Shown: piece by piece, positions 19,447-29,622 of the stretch
Layout: every line of letters starts with the position of its first letter
How positions within the stretch are numbered: position 1 is the first letter of the stretch
Assembly: GCA_964630905.1 (NCBI GenBank)
Contig: CAZVWR010000002.1
Location: 23,531-87,530 of the forward strand
From: an uncultured Spirochaetales bacterium
GTDB taxonomy: Bacteria; UBP6; UBA1177
DNA: 64,000 nt
Reading direction: 5' to 3'
Translations under genes and position numbers: made by a program
The notes under the pieces: generated by a model
The model's input: the letters and a program-made list of their open reading frames with translations, nothing else
Told to the model about the DNA's origin: nothing
Databases searched by the model: none

Positions 19447-22400
19447 CTAAACAGAAACCCCAAACCTCATTACTTCAAGGATAAATTTATCAACTTTATA
19501 ACCCGACTTTTCAGCCGCGGCGATAAGGTTCTTCACAACTTCATATCTTCTTTTGAATTCCACTTTTCTTTCAGATATTTTCTCAATGTTCCTGAGTATT
19601 TCAAGGGCCGAAATAACAAACAGTCCCGCCATAAAATTCTCAAAAGCTTCTTTGTTGAACCACCTCTCTCCTTCGTATTCATTGATCTGAAGGATTGAAA
19701 TCATGTTATCATCGGCAAAAACCTCTTCCATAAGTTTTACGATAAGGACTTCGGGTTCGTAATGTCTCCACCAGTTCTGGTAAAAAATGAAAGCCCTGAT
19801 GTGTCTGACCACGGTTTGTGCATGGTAATCGGTCATTCCGGTGGATTCAAAAAACTCTCTGAAAACGATGTTAAGCCTGTATTTTATGAACAGTTCCCAA
19901 CTCTTTTGCGCATCGTTCTTCTCACCAAAGATCATTGAAAGTCTCGCCCCTGTAACGAAACCCAGTACCATGTATAAGTAGTATTTGTCTTCTGAAAGAT
20001 TTCTGTGAAGATAGTCATCAGCCTCGATATCATAGTCTTTCAGCTTATATTTCGGAAGATCAATAACAGCGATCAGATCATTGATGAAAAGTCCCGCAAC
20101 ATCTCTGTTAATATGTTCAACACCTTCAAATCTGCTGAGTTCGTTTATGAATTTCTGATACTTATCTGCCAGAACTTTGTAAAATTTTGAAACAGGGCTC
20201 TTTTTCTTTTCGCTGAGCCTTTCTTCAACAAACTTTTCAAAAGTCTCCTTGCTGACAAAATCACGGAAAAGATCGTGTACCGGACGGAACCTTATTCTGT
20301 CAAGTTCAAGTTCAAGGTTTTCAACACCTGATCCATTAAGTTTTTCTGAAAGCTCTCTCCATGGCTCTAAAACAGAATCAGCAACTTCAGTAAAATCGCT
20401 GAAAACATAATATTTATAGGCATTTAATTTAACAAAAAAACCTTTGTCGCAAATTCCTTTACAGCTGAGAACATATTCCAGTCCGGTGATAAGATCCTTG
20501 AATTTCAGATATTTTTCTTCTCTGACACATATTCCGAGTGCTTCGTGAAGCTCTTTTCTTGCAAGAACCCCCGATCTTTTATCAAGGTATGCGGCAGATG
20601 TTTTTATCCATCCTTCTGTTGAAGCATACTTGTTGTGGTAGAACACCAGAACTCTTTTGTCACCGTAACCGTTTGAATATGCAAAAACATTTTCATCAAC
20701 ACTTCCGTCTGCCCGGTAAACATCAAAAAGATTGAAGTGTTCAACATGCGCGAACATGCTTCTTCTATGCATCAGGGGAAAAATATCCCTTTCATGCCTT
20801 TGAACAAGGTCCCAGTTGACTGATTCGTTCCAGTAAGCTTTTCTATATTCCATTCCGTATTTTTCAGAATATCCCTCTATCTGTCCATGGCCGAACATCG
20901 GCAGACCCGGCATAGTCACCATTGAAAGTGTAACTCCGAAATACTTGTCACCTGTTCCGAACTGTCTTACAGCAGTCTCTTCATCGGGATTATTCAGAAA
21001 ATTCACATGCCGCTCAAGGATGTGCGGATCAAATTCAAGAATATTCCTTATTGATTCCCGATACTTGGCATTGTCTTCGTCTTTCATGAAATTCATAAAC
21101 GCCGAATTGTAGACCCTGTGCATTCCAAGTGTCCTTACAAAATATCCTTCCATAAGCCAGAACGCTTCGGCAAGAAGAAGTGTTTCGGGGACTTCAGCAG
21201 CAACTCTGTCAACGACCTCTCTCCAGAATTCTTTCGGAAAATGGGTATTGAACTCCTCTCTTGTCATTCCGTGTTCCGATCTTGAAGCAATGTCTCCACC
21301 CCGCCCAGGCTCAGGGAACCACAGACGGTGATAATGTCTTTTCGCAAGTGTCATCGCGGCATCAAAACGGATTATCGGAAAATCTTTTGCTATGCTGATT
21401 ATTGTTCTGATAACATGCTCTCTCACATCTTCCCGCAGATAGTTAAGCTGTGCGGTATCGTTCCACGGCATGCATGTTCCGTCATTCCCATGATAGACAT
21501 ACCTGACATCGCCGTTTCTTTTATCCACCCTTTTAAATGTGACTGCGGCATCGGATTTTTCAAAATAATGGTCTTCAATAAATATTTCTGTTCCCGGATC
21601 ACTTGAAAGGTTCTCACCGTTATAAGTGTAACTCTGGAAAGGGGGTTCGTCTAATGAGAGAAACCATTCCGGATGTTCGTTGACCCATTTTGAATCTATT
21701 GCCATGTGATTCGGCACCATATCACTTGCTATCCTTATCCCGAACTGCCATGCTCTCTGCTTAAAGTTCTCAAAAGCAGTCTGTCCGCCGAGCTCTGTTG
21801 CAATTGAATAATCATAAAGGGAATATGCTGAAGCGACCGCATCATGATTGCCCATGATCTGCTTTATCCTCTTTGAAGCGGCACTCCTTTCCCACAACCC
21901 GATAAGCCACAAACCGGTAAAACCCCGCTTTGCAAGGGATTTCAGCTCATCGTCAGGAATTTTATCAAGGGTTGAAATATTTGTTGCGTATGTTTTTGAA
22001 AGCTGGTCAAGCCAGACAAAAACATTTTTTGCCATCATTACCACTCTTGGCATCCATGATGAGTCAACAGAAAAGTTCTCTGTTTCAACATCATAATAAT
22101 TCCAGTCACCTGATGAAAGGGATTCTTTTGTTATGACTTCCCCTCCATGACCGCCGCCGGGACCGAAGACAGGCCTGGTCTCTTCTTTCATTATGTCAAC
22201 AGAAACAAGAAGACGGTTTGAAAAATCCTTTAAAAGTTCAAGCCCCCAGTTTTCTTTCATATACAAAAGTTGACCTGCAAGAGAATCAGGAGACGCCCTG
22301 AACGGTGCTCTTAAAAGCTCTATGAGAGAGAACTTCTTGCCGTTAACAGTTATTTTTTCCTGTGAATCGAATGACTTTTCTATTGATGAAAAAGCTGAAA

Positions 22401-22935
22401 GATATCCGGTTTTTTCTATCAGAGATGAATCATCAAAAAGCTCCTTGAACTCTCCTGTCGCCGGGTTTTCATTTGCAATTTTAAGCAGTATCATCTCTTC
22501 AAATTTTATAAGTCTGCAAGGCATATCATCAATCTTTCCGTTTAGAAACTCATCCGCAGAGATCTCGCCTGACTCAACAGGAACAGGGGGAAACTCACCG
22601 GTAAAAAAGTCTATTGTTGACTCAAGTGACCTCTTTCCCACATTTGACAGCGCAGATTCATAAGCCTTTGAAAGGAAAAGGGGATCAATATTTTTTCTGT
22701 AGACACTGAAAATATAGTGCATTATCTCATCAATAAGCCCCATGGCATATATTTCGCCAGGTTTCACATATCTTTTCACACCCTCTTCAATGAATTTCCG
22801 GTTCATTCTGTCAGCAAATTCCTTTGCCGCGGCATAATCGGGGAAGATCACATTGCCGGTTATAGAGAATATCCCTTTTCTGAATGAGTATTTTTTTCTT
22901 GAATCCCTGCTGATGTGAAAGTTGAATTTTTTCAT
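19447..22935 (-). CDS. Large multidomain GH13 (alpha-amylase family) glycoside hydrolase
   Basis: GH13 regions I DMVPNHMA, II IRFDAAMTLAKRH, III LLAEAFW, IV FLNNPDE; 1162 aa. Confidence 0.7.
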   Translation of the reverse strand: MKKFNFHISRDSRKKYSFRKGIFSITGNVIFPDYAAAKEFADRMNRKFIEEGVKRYVKPGEIYAMGLIDEIMHYIFSVYRKNIDPLFLSKAYESALSNVGKRSLESTIDFFTGEFPPVPVESGEISADEFLNGKIDDMPCRLIKFEEMILLKIANENPATGEFKELFDDSSLIEKTGYLSAFSSIEKSFDSQEKITVNGKKFSLIELLRAPFRASPDSLAGQLLYMKENWGLELLKDFSNRLLVSVDIMKEETRPVFGPGGGHGGEVITKESLSSGDWNYYDVETENFSVDSSWMPRVVMMAKNVFVWLDQLSKTYATNISTLDKIPDDELKSLAKRGFTGLWLIGLWERSAASKRIKQIMGNHDAVASAYSLYDYSIATELGGQTAFENFKQRAWQFGIRIASDMVPNHMAIDSKWVNEHPEWFLSLDEPPFQSYTYNGENLSSDPGTEIFIEDHYFEKSDAAVTFKRVDKRNGDVRYVYHGNDGTCMPWNDTAQLNYLREDVREHVIRTIISIAKDFPIIRFDAAMTLAKRHYHRLWFPEPGRGGDIASRSEHGMTREEFNTHFPKEFWREVVDRVAAEVPETLLLAEAFWLMEGYFVRTLGMHRVYNSAFMNFMKDEDNAKYRESIRNILEFDPHILERHVNFLNNPDEETAVRQFGTGDKYFGVTLSMVTMPGLPMFGHGQIEGYSEKYGMEYRKAYWNESVNWDLVQRHERDIFPLMHRRSMFAHVEHFNLFDVYRADGSVDENVFAYSNGYGDKRVLVFYHNKYASTEGWIKTSAAYLDKRSGVLARKELHEALGICVREEKYLKFKDLITGLEYVLSCKGICDKGFFVKLNAYKYYVFSDFTEVADSVLEPWRELSEKLNGSGVENLELELDRIRFRPVHDLFRDFVSKETFEKFVEERLSEKKKSPVSKFYKVLADKYQKFINELSRFEGVEHINRDVAGLFINDLIAVIDLPKYKLKDYDIEADDYLHRNLSEDKYYLYMVLGFVTGARLSMIFGEKNDAQKSWELFIKYRLNIVFREFFESTGMTDYHAQTVVRHIRAFIFYQNWWRHYEPEVLIVKLMEEVFADDNMISILQINEYEGERWFNKEAFENFMAGLFVISALEILRNIEKISERKVEFKRRYEVVKNLIAAAEKSGYKVDKFILEVMRFGVSV

Positions 22936-22949
22936 TTAATCTTTTCCGT

Positions 22950-23390
22950 TTAGTTCTTTAAAAGGCATTTTTTCACTGTTTCGCTTGCAAGTTTTCCGTC
23001 AAACTGACCATCGTATTTCTTTTTAAGCTCAGCCATCACCGCACCCATCATTTTTACAGACTTTTCAGGAAGTGCGGCCGCAATGCCGTCGATTATCGTT
23101 TCAAGTTCTTCAGGACTCAACTGTTTCGGGAGAAATGATTCAAGTATCTCTTTTTCTTTCGTGACGGCACTTTTATCTTTTCCCATTTCATCAAGGATCT
23201 TTATGTTCTCATTGGCATTTTTAATGAATTTTTTAATGATATTAACAACTTCCTGATCAGTTGTCGCCCTGTTGCCGTCATTTTTGCCCACCATTGCGGC
23301 CTCTGCTACAAGGGTTGAAAGAAGGTTGCTTTTAGCTGTGTCATGTTCCATTTTGGCTTTCATCATCGCCTTTTTAAGTTCGTTTATCAT
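22950..23390 (-). CDS. GatB/YqeY domain protein
   Basis: Whole-length similarity to YqeY-like proteins; 146 aa. Confidence 0.75.
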   Translation of the reverse strand: MINELKKAMMKAKMEHDTAKSNLLSTLVAEAAMVGKNDGNRATTDQEVVNIIKKFIKNANENIKILDEMGKDKSAVTKEKEILESFLPKQLSPEELETIIDGIAAALPEKSVKMMGAVMAELKKKYDGQFDGKLASETVKKCLLKN

Positions 23391-23494
23391 TTTTCACCTC
23401 TTAGAATGAATTAAGACTTAACGGGGAATTATATCTGTTATAAATTAAATATCAAATTAGAGGCAGGAGAAAATGTTATATGGCAGTCAGATTT

Positions 23495-24940
23495 CTATTT
23501 TTCAGGAACGGTTATATAAAAAGTGCTCCCTTTTCCGGGGGTGCTTTCAACATTTACAAAACCGTTATGTGACTGGGCTATGTGCTTGACTATGGCAAGC
23601 CCGAGCCCTGTTCCTCCGAGCTTTCTGCTTCTTGCCTTGTCAACTCTGTAAAATCTTTCAAAAAGTCTGTCGAGGTGCTCTTTTTCTATTCCGCAGCCGT
23701 GATCTTGCACTTTGACAGTGACTTTTCCACCTTCCTGATATGCAGATACTTCCACAGTTGATCCCGGTTCGCTGTATTTCACAGCATTGTCAATCAGGTT
23801 TATGACTGCCTGTTCAAGAAGTCTCGCATTTATTTTTGCATTGAGATCGTCACTGCATTCAACATTTACAGTGATATCTGATTTAGCGGCTATGGCAAAC
23901 ACCGAGTTCACTGCGCTCACTATCACAGGTCTTACTTTACTTACAGAAAGCTCAACATCCTGACTTTCATTATCCTTTTCTATCCTCGAAAGACAGAGTA
24001 GATCTTCAATTATGCTGTTCAGTCTTTCTGTCTGTCTTGATATGATCTCAATGAATTCAAGAGCATTCTCCCGGTCATCTATGGCTCCGTCCCTGAGCGT
24101 TTCAATATAACCCTTGATGCTTGTGATCGGAGTTCTAAGCTCATGGCTCACATTTGCAACAAATTCCTTCCTTATGTTTTCAAGTCTTGCAAGTTCGTTC
24201 CTCTGACGGGTTATGGTGTTGAGCCTGTATTTCAGATCTATTGCCATCTGGTTCATATTTTCTGCAAGTTTTGAAAACTCATAAGTGATGCTCTCATCAA
24301 GTTTCCCGTCAAGTTCTCCCTGACCGAAAAGTTCGACACCTCTAAGTATTTTCTTAAGCGGTTTGATGATGAACATTGAAAAAAGAAATGAGAAAAAAAT
24401 GGATATGAACGCTGTCATGACACCGGCGATAATGAATTTCATCGTCATAGGCTCAAGCGTCTCAGAAAGACTGAGTGCGGGCAGAGATGTCCTTGTAACT
24501 CCTTTTATTTCGCCATTTTTCATGAAAGGTATCGCCACATAGAGCATATCTTTTCCTAAAGTTGAGGAATATCTGGTTGAAACACCGTTTCCGCCTTTCA
24601 GAGCTTCTATGATCTCAGGACGGCCGGCATGGTTCTCCATTTTCCTTATATCCTCTTGCGAATCGGCAAAAACCCTCCCGTCGGGAGAGATCAGGGTTAT
24701 CCTCGTACCAATGGAACTACCTGTCTTTTTGAGGAAAACATCTACTTCCTCAGAATTTTCCTCTATTCCCTTTGAATATATTTCCTCAAGAAGGATCGCT
24801 TTGGCCTTCAATTCATTTACAGTCTGATCTATGTGAAACCGTTTTACAGCATCCCACAAAAAGAAAGTGACAGAAGCTATTGAAAATATTACAAGAAAAA
24901 TGTATGTGGGAAGGAGCTGCCATATAAGTTTTATTTTCAT
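23495..24940 (-). CDS. Membrane sensor histidine kinase, PhoR-like
   Basis: Two TM segments; H-box ANVSHELRTPITSI; HATPase_c motifs. Confidence 0.8.
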   Translation of the reverse strand: MKIKLIWQLLPTYIFLVIFSIASVTFFLWDAVKRFHIDQTVNELKAKAILLEEIYSKGIEENSEEVDVFLKKTGSSIGTRITLISPDGRVFADSQEDIRKMENHAGRPEIIEALKGGNGVSTRYSSTLGKDMLYVAIPFMKNGEIKGVTRTSLPALSLSETLEPMTMKFIIAGVMTAFISIFFSFLFSMFIIKPLKKILRGVELFGQGELDGKLDESITYEFSKLAENMNQMAIDLKYRLNTITRQRNELARLENIRKEFVANVSHELRTPITSIKGYIETLRDGAIDDRENALEFIEIISRQTERLNSIIEDLLCLSRIEKDNESQDVELSVSKVRPVIVSAVNSVFAIAAKSDITVNVECSDDLNAKINARLLEQAVINLIDNAVKYSEPGSTVEVSAYQEGGKVTVKVQDHGCGIEKEHLDRLFERFYRVDKARSRKLGGTGLGLAIVKHIAQSHNGFVNVESTPGKGSTFYITVPEK

Positions 24941-24943
24941 CTA

Positions 24944-25630
24944 TTAATCCTTGAACCTGTATCCGACACCTCTGACAGTTTCAATATTGGCACCTGCATC
25001 ACCGAGTTTTTTTCTCAGATTGAGGATCTGGACATCGACAGAACGGTCAGTTACAGGATAGTCATCACCCTTTACACCGTTAATTATCTGCGACCTTGTA
25101 AAAACCCACCCCGGCCTTCTTGCAAGATAAACAAGGATTTCGAACTCCGTGGCTGTAAGATCTATTGCGTCTCCGCTGACAGCGACTCTGTGTCTGACAG
25201 TGTCGATTTCCATTTCGTCAACTTTTATCAACGGGCTTTTGCCCTCCTTCACCTTGCTGTCCCTTCTGAGGACCGTCTTCACCCTTGCGATCAGAACCCT
25301 CGGACTGAAAGGCTTGGTTATATAGTCATCTGCCCCCAGCTCAAGCCCTGCAACGATATCACTGTCCTCACCTTTTGCTGTGAGCATAACTATCGGAGTT
25401 TTCATAACATTCTTGTCATTTTTCAATATCCTGCATACATCGAAACCGTCCATTCCAGGAAGCATGAGATCAAGCAGTATGAGATCAGGGACGTTTTCTC
25501 TTGCAGCCCTTACAGCAGCTTCTCCGGTAGTTACCGTCTCAACTTTAAACCCCTCTCTTTCAAGGTTGTATTTGACAAGATTTAAAATATCCTCTTCATC
25601 ATCTACAAGAAGAATTCTTTCTCTGCTCAT
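24944..25630 (-). CDS. OmpR/PhoB-family response regulator
   Basis: REC (ILLVDDEEDI...LILLDLMLPG) plus winged-helix (TVRGVGYRFKD). Confidence 0.9.
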   Translation of the reverse strand: MSRERILLVDDEEDILNLVKYNLEREGFKVETVTTGEAAVRAARENVPDLILLDLMLPGMDGFDVCRILKNDKNVMKTPIVMLTAKGEDSDIVAGLELGADDYITKPFSPRVLIARVKTVLRRDSKVKEGKSPLIKVDEMEIDTVRHRVAVSGDAIDLTATEFEILVYLARRPGWVFTRSQIINGVKGDDYPVTDRSVDVQILNLRKKLGDAGANIETVRGVGYRFKD

Positions 25631-25675
25631 AGTTATCCTCCCGGAAATCCTTGATAATTCTAATATTTATTCCAT

Positions 25676-27400
25676 TTAAGTCCAGAATTTGTGTCCTGCT
25701 CCGACTTCTGCAATGTTATGCACCTGTGAAGCCATTCCATCAAGGTTGGTAAGCATTTCAATGTATATCATCGACGCCTCTTCCATGCATTTTCCTTCTT
25801 TTAATCTGTTGAAATGGGATATCTTCGCTTCCCTTATCTCAGCTTTCAGCTCTCTTTTTCTATTTTCCGCATTTTTAAGAAATTCATTTGTGTCCTTTAT
25901 CTCAACTTCAAGCGCTTTCACAGTATCATCAAAGAAATTCATGAGCTTATCGGTAAGAGATGCCAGTCCTTCCTGCCCTTCTTTTGAAAGCTTCAGGCCG
26001 TTATCTTTGAAATTCCTGAACTGGACTGCAATATTTGCAAGGAAATCAGCAAATTTTTCAAGATTGGCGGCTGCGGTTATTGAATTACCTACAACATGAG
26101 CATCCCTCTCCGAGAGACTTTTCTGAGAAAGTGAAAGCAGAAAGGATGTTATCATCTTTCTATATTCATCAATAAGGTTCTCGTTCTCCTCTATTTTTGC
26201 AAAAAGTTCCGGACCTATCTCCTTTCCTGTGAAAAGTTCCTGAACCCTTAAACCGTTCTTTTTAACTCTGTTGGCCATTGCAATGAGCTCTTTCTGCGAT
26301 TCTGCGATCCCTATTGCAGGGGTATCGATAAGCTCAAAGTGAATGTGGGAGAACCTGAAAGCCCCTTTTTTCTCTTTTTCTTTCGGAGTAGGGATTATGA
26401 ATGTGACAACTTTTGCAAGAACACCGATCAGCGGAGTGAAAATTATTACATTTGTTATGTTGAAAAGGGAGTGGAACATTGCAATATGTGTTCCGATGTA
26501 AGGTTTGACACCGATATCCATTTTATATTTTGCCGCCTGTTCAGCCGTCTGAATTACAAAATCGGGCATTCCCGGAACAAGCCAGTTTACAAAATGGGCA
26601 AACGGGTAGAAAAAGGTCAATATTATAACAACGCCCATTACATTAAAAACTGTGTGGGCGATCGCCGCCCTTTTTGCATGGTGATTAGCACCTATCGATG
26701 CAAGGATCGCAGTGATGGTCGTACCGATATTGTCACCCAGAACCAGTGCGGCCGCCCCTTCATAGGTGAGAAGCCCCTGTGTTGCAAGGGCGATCGCTAT
26801 ACCTATCGTCGCAGAGCTTGACTGGACGATCACTGTTGTCGCAGTTCCTATGAAAACGCCAAGGAAAACAGTAACATAAGAAGAACCGCTGACAAGTTTG
26901 AAAAAGTTAATGAAATCGGGGTTCGACCTTAACGGCTTGAAACCGTCTCCCATTGTTGTCATTCCGAGAAAAAGTATGCCGAAACCGAATATTATCTCTC
27001 CTGTATACCTCCATTTGGTGGATTTGCTGAAAAATCTCAGCATTACACCGAAACCGATCATCGGAAGTGCCCATTTAACAACAGGAAGAGTGACGATCCA
27101 GCCGGTAACAGTCGTTCCGATGTTGGCTCCGAGAACAACTCCTATGGCCTGAGTAAGAGTCATCAGTCCGGCATTTACAAAACCGACGATCATGACCGTT
27201 GTAGCTGAACTTGACTGAATAACTGCTGTCACAAGAAATCCTACAAAAACCGCCACATATCTGTTGATCGTCAGATAGTTAAGGATCTTTTTCAATCCGT
27301 CACCTGCTGTTTTCTGCATCCCTTCGCTCATGATCTTCATTCCCATAAGGAAAAGACCGAGTCCCCCGAACACCTGAAAAAACACTTCTTTCCAATCCAT
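25676..27400 (-). CDS. Na/Pi cotransporter family protein with C-terminal PhoU-like domain
   Basis: Duplicated QSSSATTVM / QSSSATIGI motifs characteristic of NptA-type transporters. Confidence 0.85.
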   Translation of the reverse strand: MDWKEVFFQVFGGLGLFLMGMKIMSEGMQKTAGDGLKKILNYLTINRYVAVFVGFLVTAVIQSSSATTVMIVGFVNAGLMTLTQAIGVVLGANIGTTVTGWIVTLPVVKWALPMIGFGVMLRFFSKSTKWRYTGEIIFGFGILFLGMTTMGDGFKPLRSNPDFINFFKLVSGSSYVTVFLGVFIGTATTVIVQSSSATIGIAIALATQGLLTYEGAAALVLGDNIGTTITAILASIGANHHAKRAAIAHTVFNVMGVVIILTFFYPFAHFVNWLVPGMPDFVIQTAEQAAKYKMDIGVKPYIGTHIAMFHSLFNITNVIIFTPLIGVLAKVVTFIIPTPKEKEKKGAFRFSHIHFELIDTPAIGIAESQKELIAMANRVKKNGLRVQELFTGKEIGPELFAKIEENENLIDEYRKMITSFLLSLSQKSLSERDAHVVGNSITAAANLEKFADFLANIAVQFRNFKDNGLKLSKEGQEGLASLTDKLMNFFDDTVKALEVEIKDTNEFLKNAENRKRELKAEIREAKISHFNRLKEGKCMEEASMIYIEMLTNLDGMASQVHNIAEVGAGHKFWT

Positions 27401-27467
27401 TTTCTTCTCCCGGATCTGTTAAAAAAACAATTCGGCCCATAAATCACAAATATTATTAAACCACAAT

Positions 27468-27507
27468 TGTTAGGATTGTGTTAGGATAAAGTTAATATTG
27501 TGTGATC
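27468..27507 (+). promoter_or_regulatory. Four 7-bp direct repeats (TGTTAGG, TGTTAGG, AGTTAAT, TGTGATC) at exact 11-bp spacing: Pho-box-like architecture
   Basis: Read directly; lies between the divergent nptA-phoB-phoR-like operon and ttcA. Confidence 0.4.
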
Positions 27508-27543
27508 AGTGCGATTTTTCTTAATTTCTGAAGTCATATTGAC

Positions 27544-28344
27544 TTGATATCAAATATGGATAATGTGTTTTTTATGAATGGAGGAAACCCTGCGGGGAAA
27601 GAGACCAAGCGGTTTCTCAATATGCACAAAAGGCTTGAAGCCGCAATAATTGATTACAATATGATAAAACCGGGCGACCATGTCATTGCCGGTCTTTCGG
27701 GCGGAAAGGACAGTTCAGTCCTTTTAAAGCTCCTTACAAGAAAAAAGATCCAGACGACCAATGATTTCAAGCTTTCGTCCGTTTTTGTCAAAACAGGTTT
27801 TGAAGGTGATGACAGAACAGCTGAATATCTCAGGGATTATTCTTTTGGACTTGGGGTGCCGTTCCATATTGTTGAAACAGATATTTATGACCGGGTGATC
27901 AGCAAAAGTGATGAAAAACCATGCTATATGTGCTCAAGGGGAAGAAGACTTGCAATATTCGATCTTGCCGACAGGATCGGAGGAAATGTAATAGCTTTCG
28001 GACACCACCGGGATGACTTTATTCAAACCCTTCTTCTCAATCTTTTTTATTCAGGAAGTTTTCAGGCAATGAAACCGGACAATCCTTTTTTCGGTGGAAA
28101 ATACAGGATAATAAGACCGATGGTTTACATTGATGAAAAAATGATCTTAACCGAAAAAGAGCAGAGCGGAATAAAAACATTCCCGTCAGAGTGTCCGTTT
28201 GACTCAACATCGGAAAGAATGTTCATCAAAGATATCATAAAAACAGTTGAAAAACGGAATCCCGATGCAGTAAAGAATATTTTCAGAGCGATGTATTCAC
28301 CCAATCCCGACTATCTGTTAAAAAAACCTTCGAAAAATGTTTAG
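27544..28344 (+). CDS. ttcA: TtcA-family PP-loop ATPase (tRNA 2-thiocytidine biosynthesis)
   Basis: SGGKDS PP-loop in AGLSGGKDSSVLL; CxxC motif CYMCSRGRR; true start probably an internal Met (MHKRL at ~27622). Confidence 0.75.
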   Translation: MISNMDNVFFMNGGNPAGKETKRFLNMHKRLEAAIIDYNMIKPGDHVIAGLSGGKDSSVLLKLLTRKKIQTTNDFKLSSVFVKTGFEGDDRTAEYLRDYSFGLGVPFHIVETDIYDRVISKSDEKPCYMCSRGRRLAIFDLADRIGGNVIAFGHHRDDFIQTLLLNLFYSGSFQAMKPDNPFFGGKYRIIRPMVYIDEKMILTEKEQSGIKTFPSECPFDSTSERMFIKDIIKTVEKRNPDAVKNIFRAMYSPNPDYLLKKPSKNV

Positions 28345-28347
28345 AAA

Positions 28348-29310
28348 TTAAAGTTTTGAGACAAGTCCGTCCCTTCTGAGATAATTTCTGTGTTCCCCTT
28401 TGTGATTTTCAAGAATAAAATTCAAGTATTTGATATTATTATTCATTCCGTTGTGATAAAGATTGCTTTCAATTCCATACCTTTCCTTGAAATGGAGTAT
28501 TGCAAGCTGATCTATTCCTTCAAGGTCGTTCCTGAACCGTCTTTCCATCTGCTTATAAAAATCTATGGTCTTTTCAAGCAGTTCCTCTTCAGAATCAAAT
28601 CCGGGGACTCCCCCTGCCTTGAATTCGCGGTAAAGGAACAGAAGTTTTTCAAGATAAACTCTGTCGGCCATCTGACCCAGAAGGTCACCCGCTCCGAGAA
28701 TTTTTGCAAGTTTACGCACTTCCGGGGTTATGAAACCTACTTTTTCAAGGTCGACCTTCAGCTCCGTTGAAAGTATTACCTGACCGATCTTTTCTGCAAT
28801 CAGCGATGGATAACCCTTTGATCTCATATATTTTTTCATGAATTCGATGCTTCTTTCGACATGAATGTTGGTGTATATAGCACCGTTCTCAACAGGGTCT
28901 GATGTTTCGGGAATATAACCTGTGTCATGCATCAGAGCGGCAACTGTAATAATGAAAATCCCTTCGTGGGAAAGGTAGTTATCGCTCAGGATCACTGCAT
29001 CTGTAAGACGGAGCGACGCCAGAAGGACATCCATAATATGTCTGAAATTGTGATATTCGGTGTCACACGCCCGGTAGCCTTCATATTTTCCTTCATAAAG
29101 GTCCCGCACATCATCAAATATCAATGCCGCTTTTTTTGACAGATCACGGTCAAAACCTGTAAAATCAAAAAGCTGCAGCACAGCCTCTTTCGCCTTAACA
29201 TAATCACCTGTGTCAACGATCATCGACAACTGGTCAAGTTGAAAATTTTTCATTGCTTTTTCTCCAATCACATTGAAGAATTTTACAAATGTAAAAAAAA
29301 GTGTCAACAA
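28348..29310 (-). CDS. HD-domain phosphohydrolase
   Basis: H...HD motif (HNFRHIMDV ... ALMHDTGY). Confidence 0.7.
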   Translation of the reverse strand: MLTLFFTFVKFFNVIGEKAMKNFQLDQLSMIVDTGDYVKAKEAVLQLFDFTGFDRDLSKKAALIFDDVRDLYEGKYEGYRACDTEYHNFRHIMDVLLASLRLTDAVILSDNYLSHEGIFIITVAALMHDTGYIPETSDPVENGAIYTNIHVERSIEFMKKYMRSKGYPSLIAEKIGQVILSTELKVDLEKVGFITPEVRKLAKILGAGDLLGQMADRVYLEKLLFLYREFKAGGVPGFDSEEELLEKTIDFYKQMERRFRNDLEGIDQLAILHFKERYGIESNLYHNGMNNNIKYLNFILENHKGEHRNYLRRDGLVSKL

Positions 29311-29407
29311 TTCTATTTGATTTCATAGTTCCCCCAACAAATTAAATCCTTTGGATTTGCAAAATTTGTTGGAGACGATCAGAAATATATAAATTCACCA
29401 TAGAAAA

Positions 29408-29519
29408 CCTTTTCCAGGCAGAGAAACAAGTTATGTTACACTCAGAAATGGTGTCTTTTAAAAGCTAATGAAATTAGGCAGTTATGAATTCATGTAACTA
29501 AATGTATGTTGTGTTACAG
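29408..29519 (+). repeat. Copy 1 of a TGTTACA-rich intergenic element (second copy at 51022-51188)
   Basis: ccttttccaggcagagaaacaagttatgttacactcagaaatggtgtcttttaaaagctaatgaaattaggcagtta..catgtaac..ttgtgttaca; ~90 % identity to the 51 kb copy. Confidence 0.85.
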
Positions 29520-29622
29520 TGGGGAGGGGGGTTTTTAGACATTCCAGTTTGTGGCATAGATAGCCAAAAGAGTTTAAAATGATTTATAAAATGGATAAAT
29601 TAAAAAAGAGCCGGTTGTGTCC

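Noticed and set aside
22322-22663. Various + strand ORFs inside the GH13 gene (20005..20190, 20538..20735, 21328..21606, 21848..22136, 22322..22663)
   Set aside because: Antisense to a long, motif-supported coding frame.
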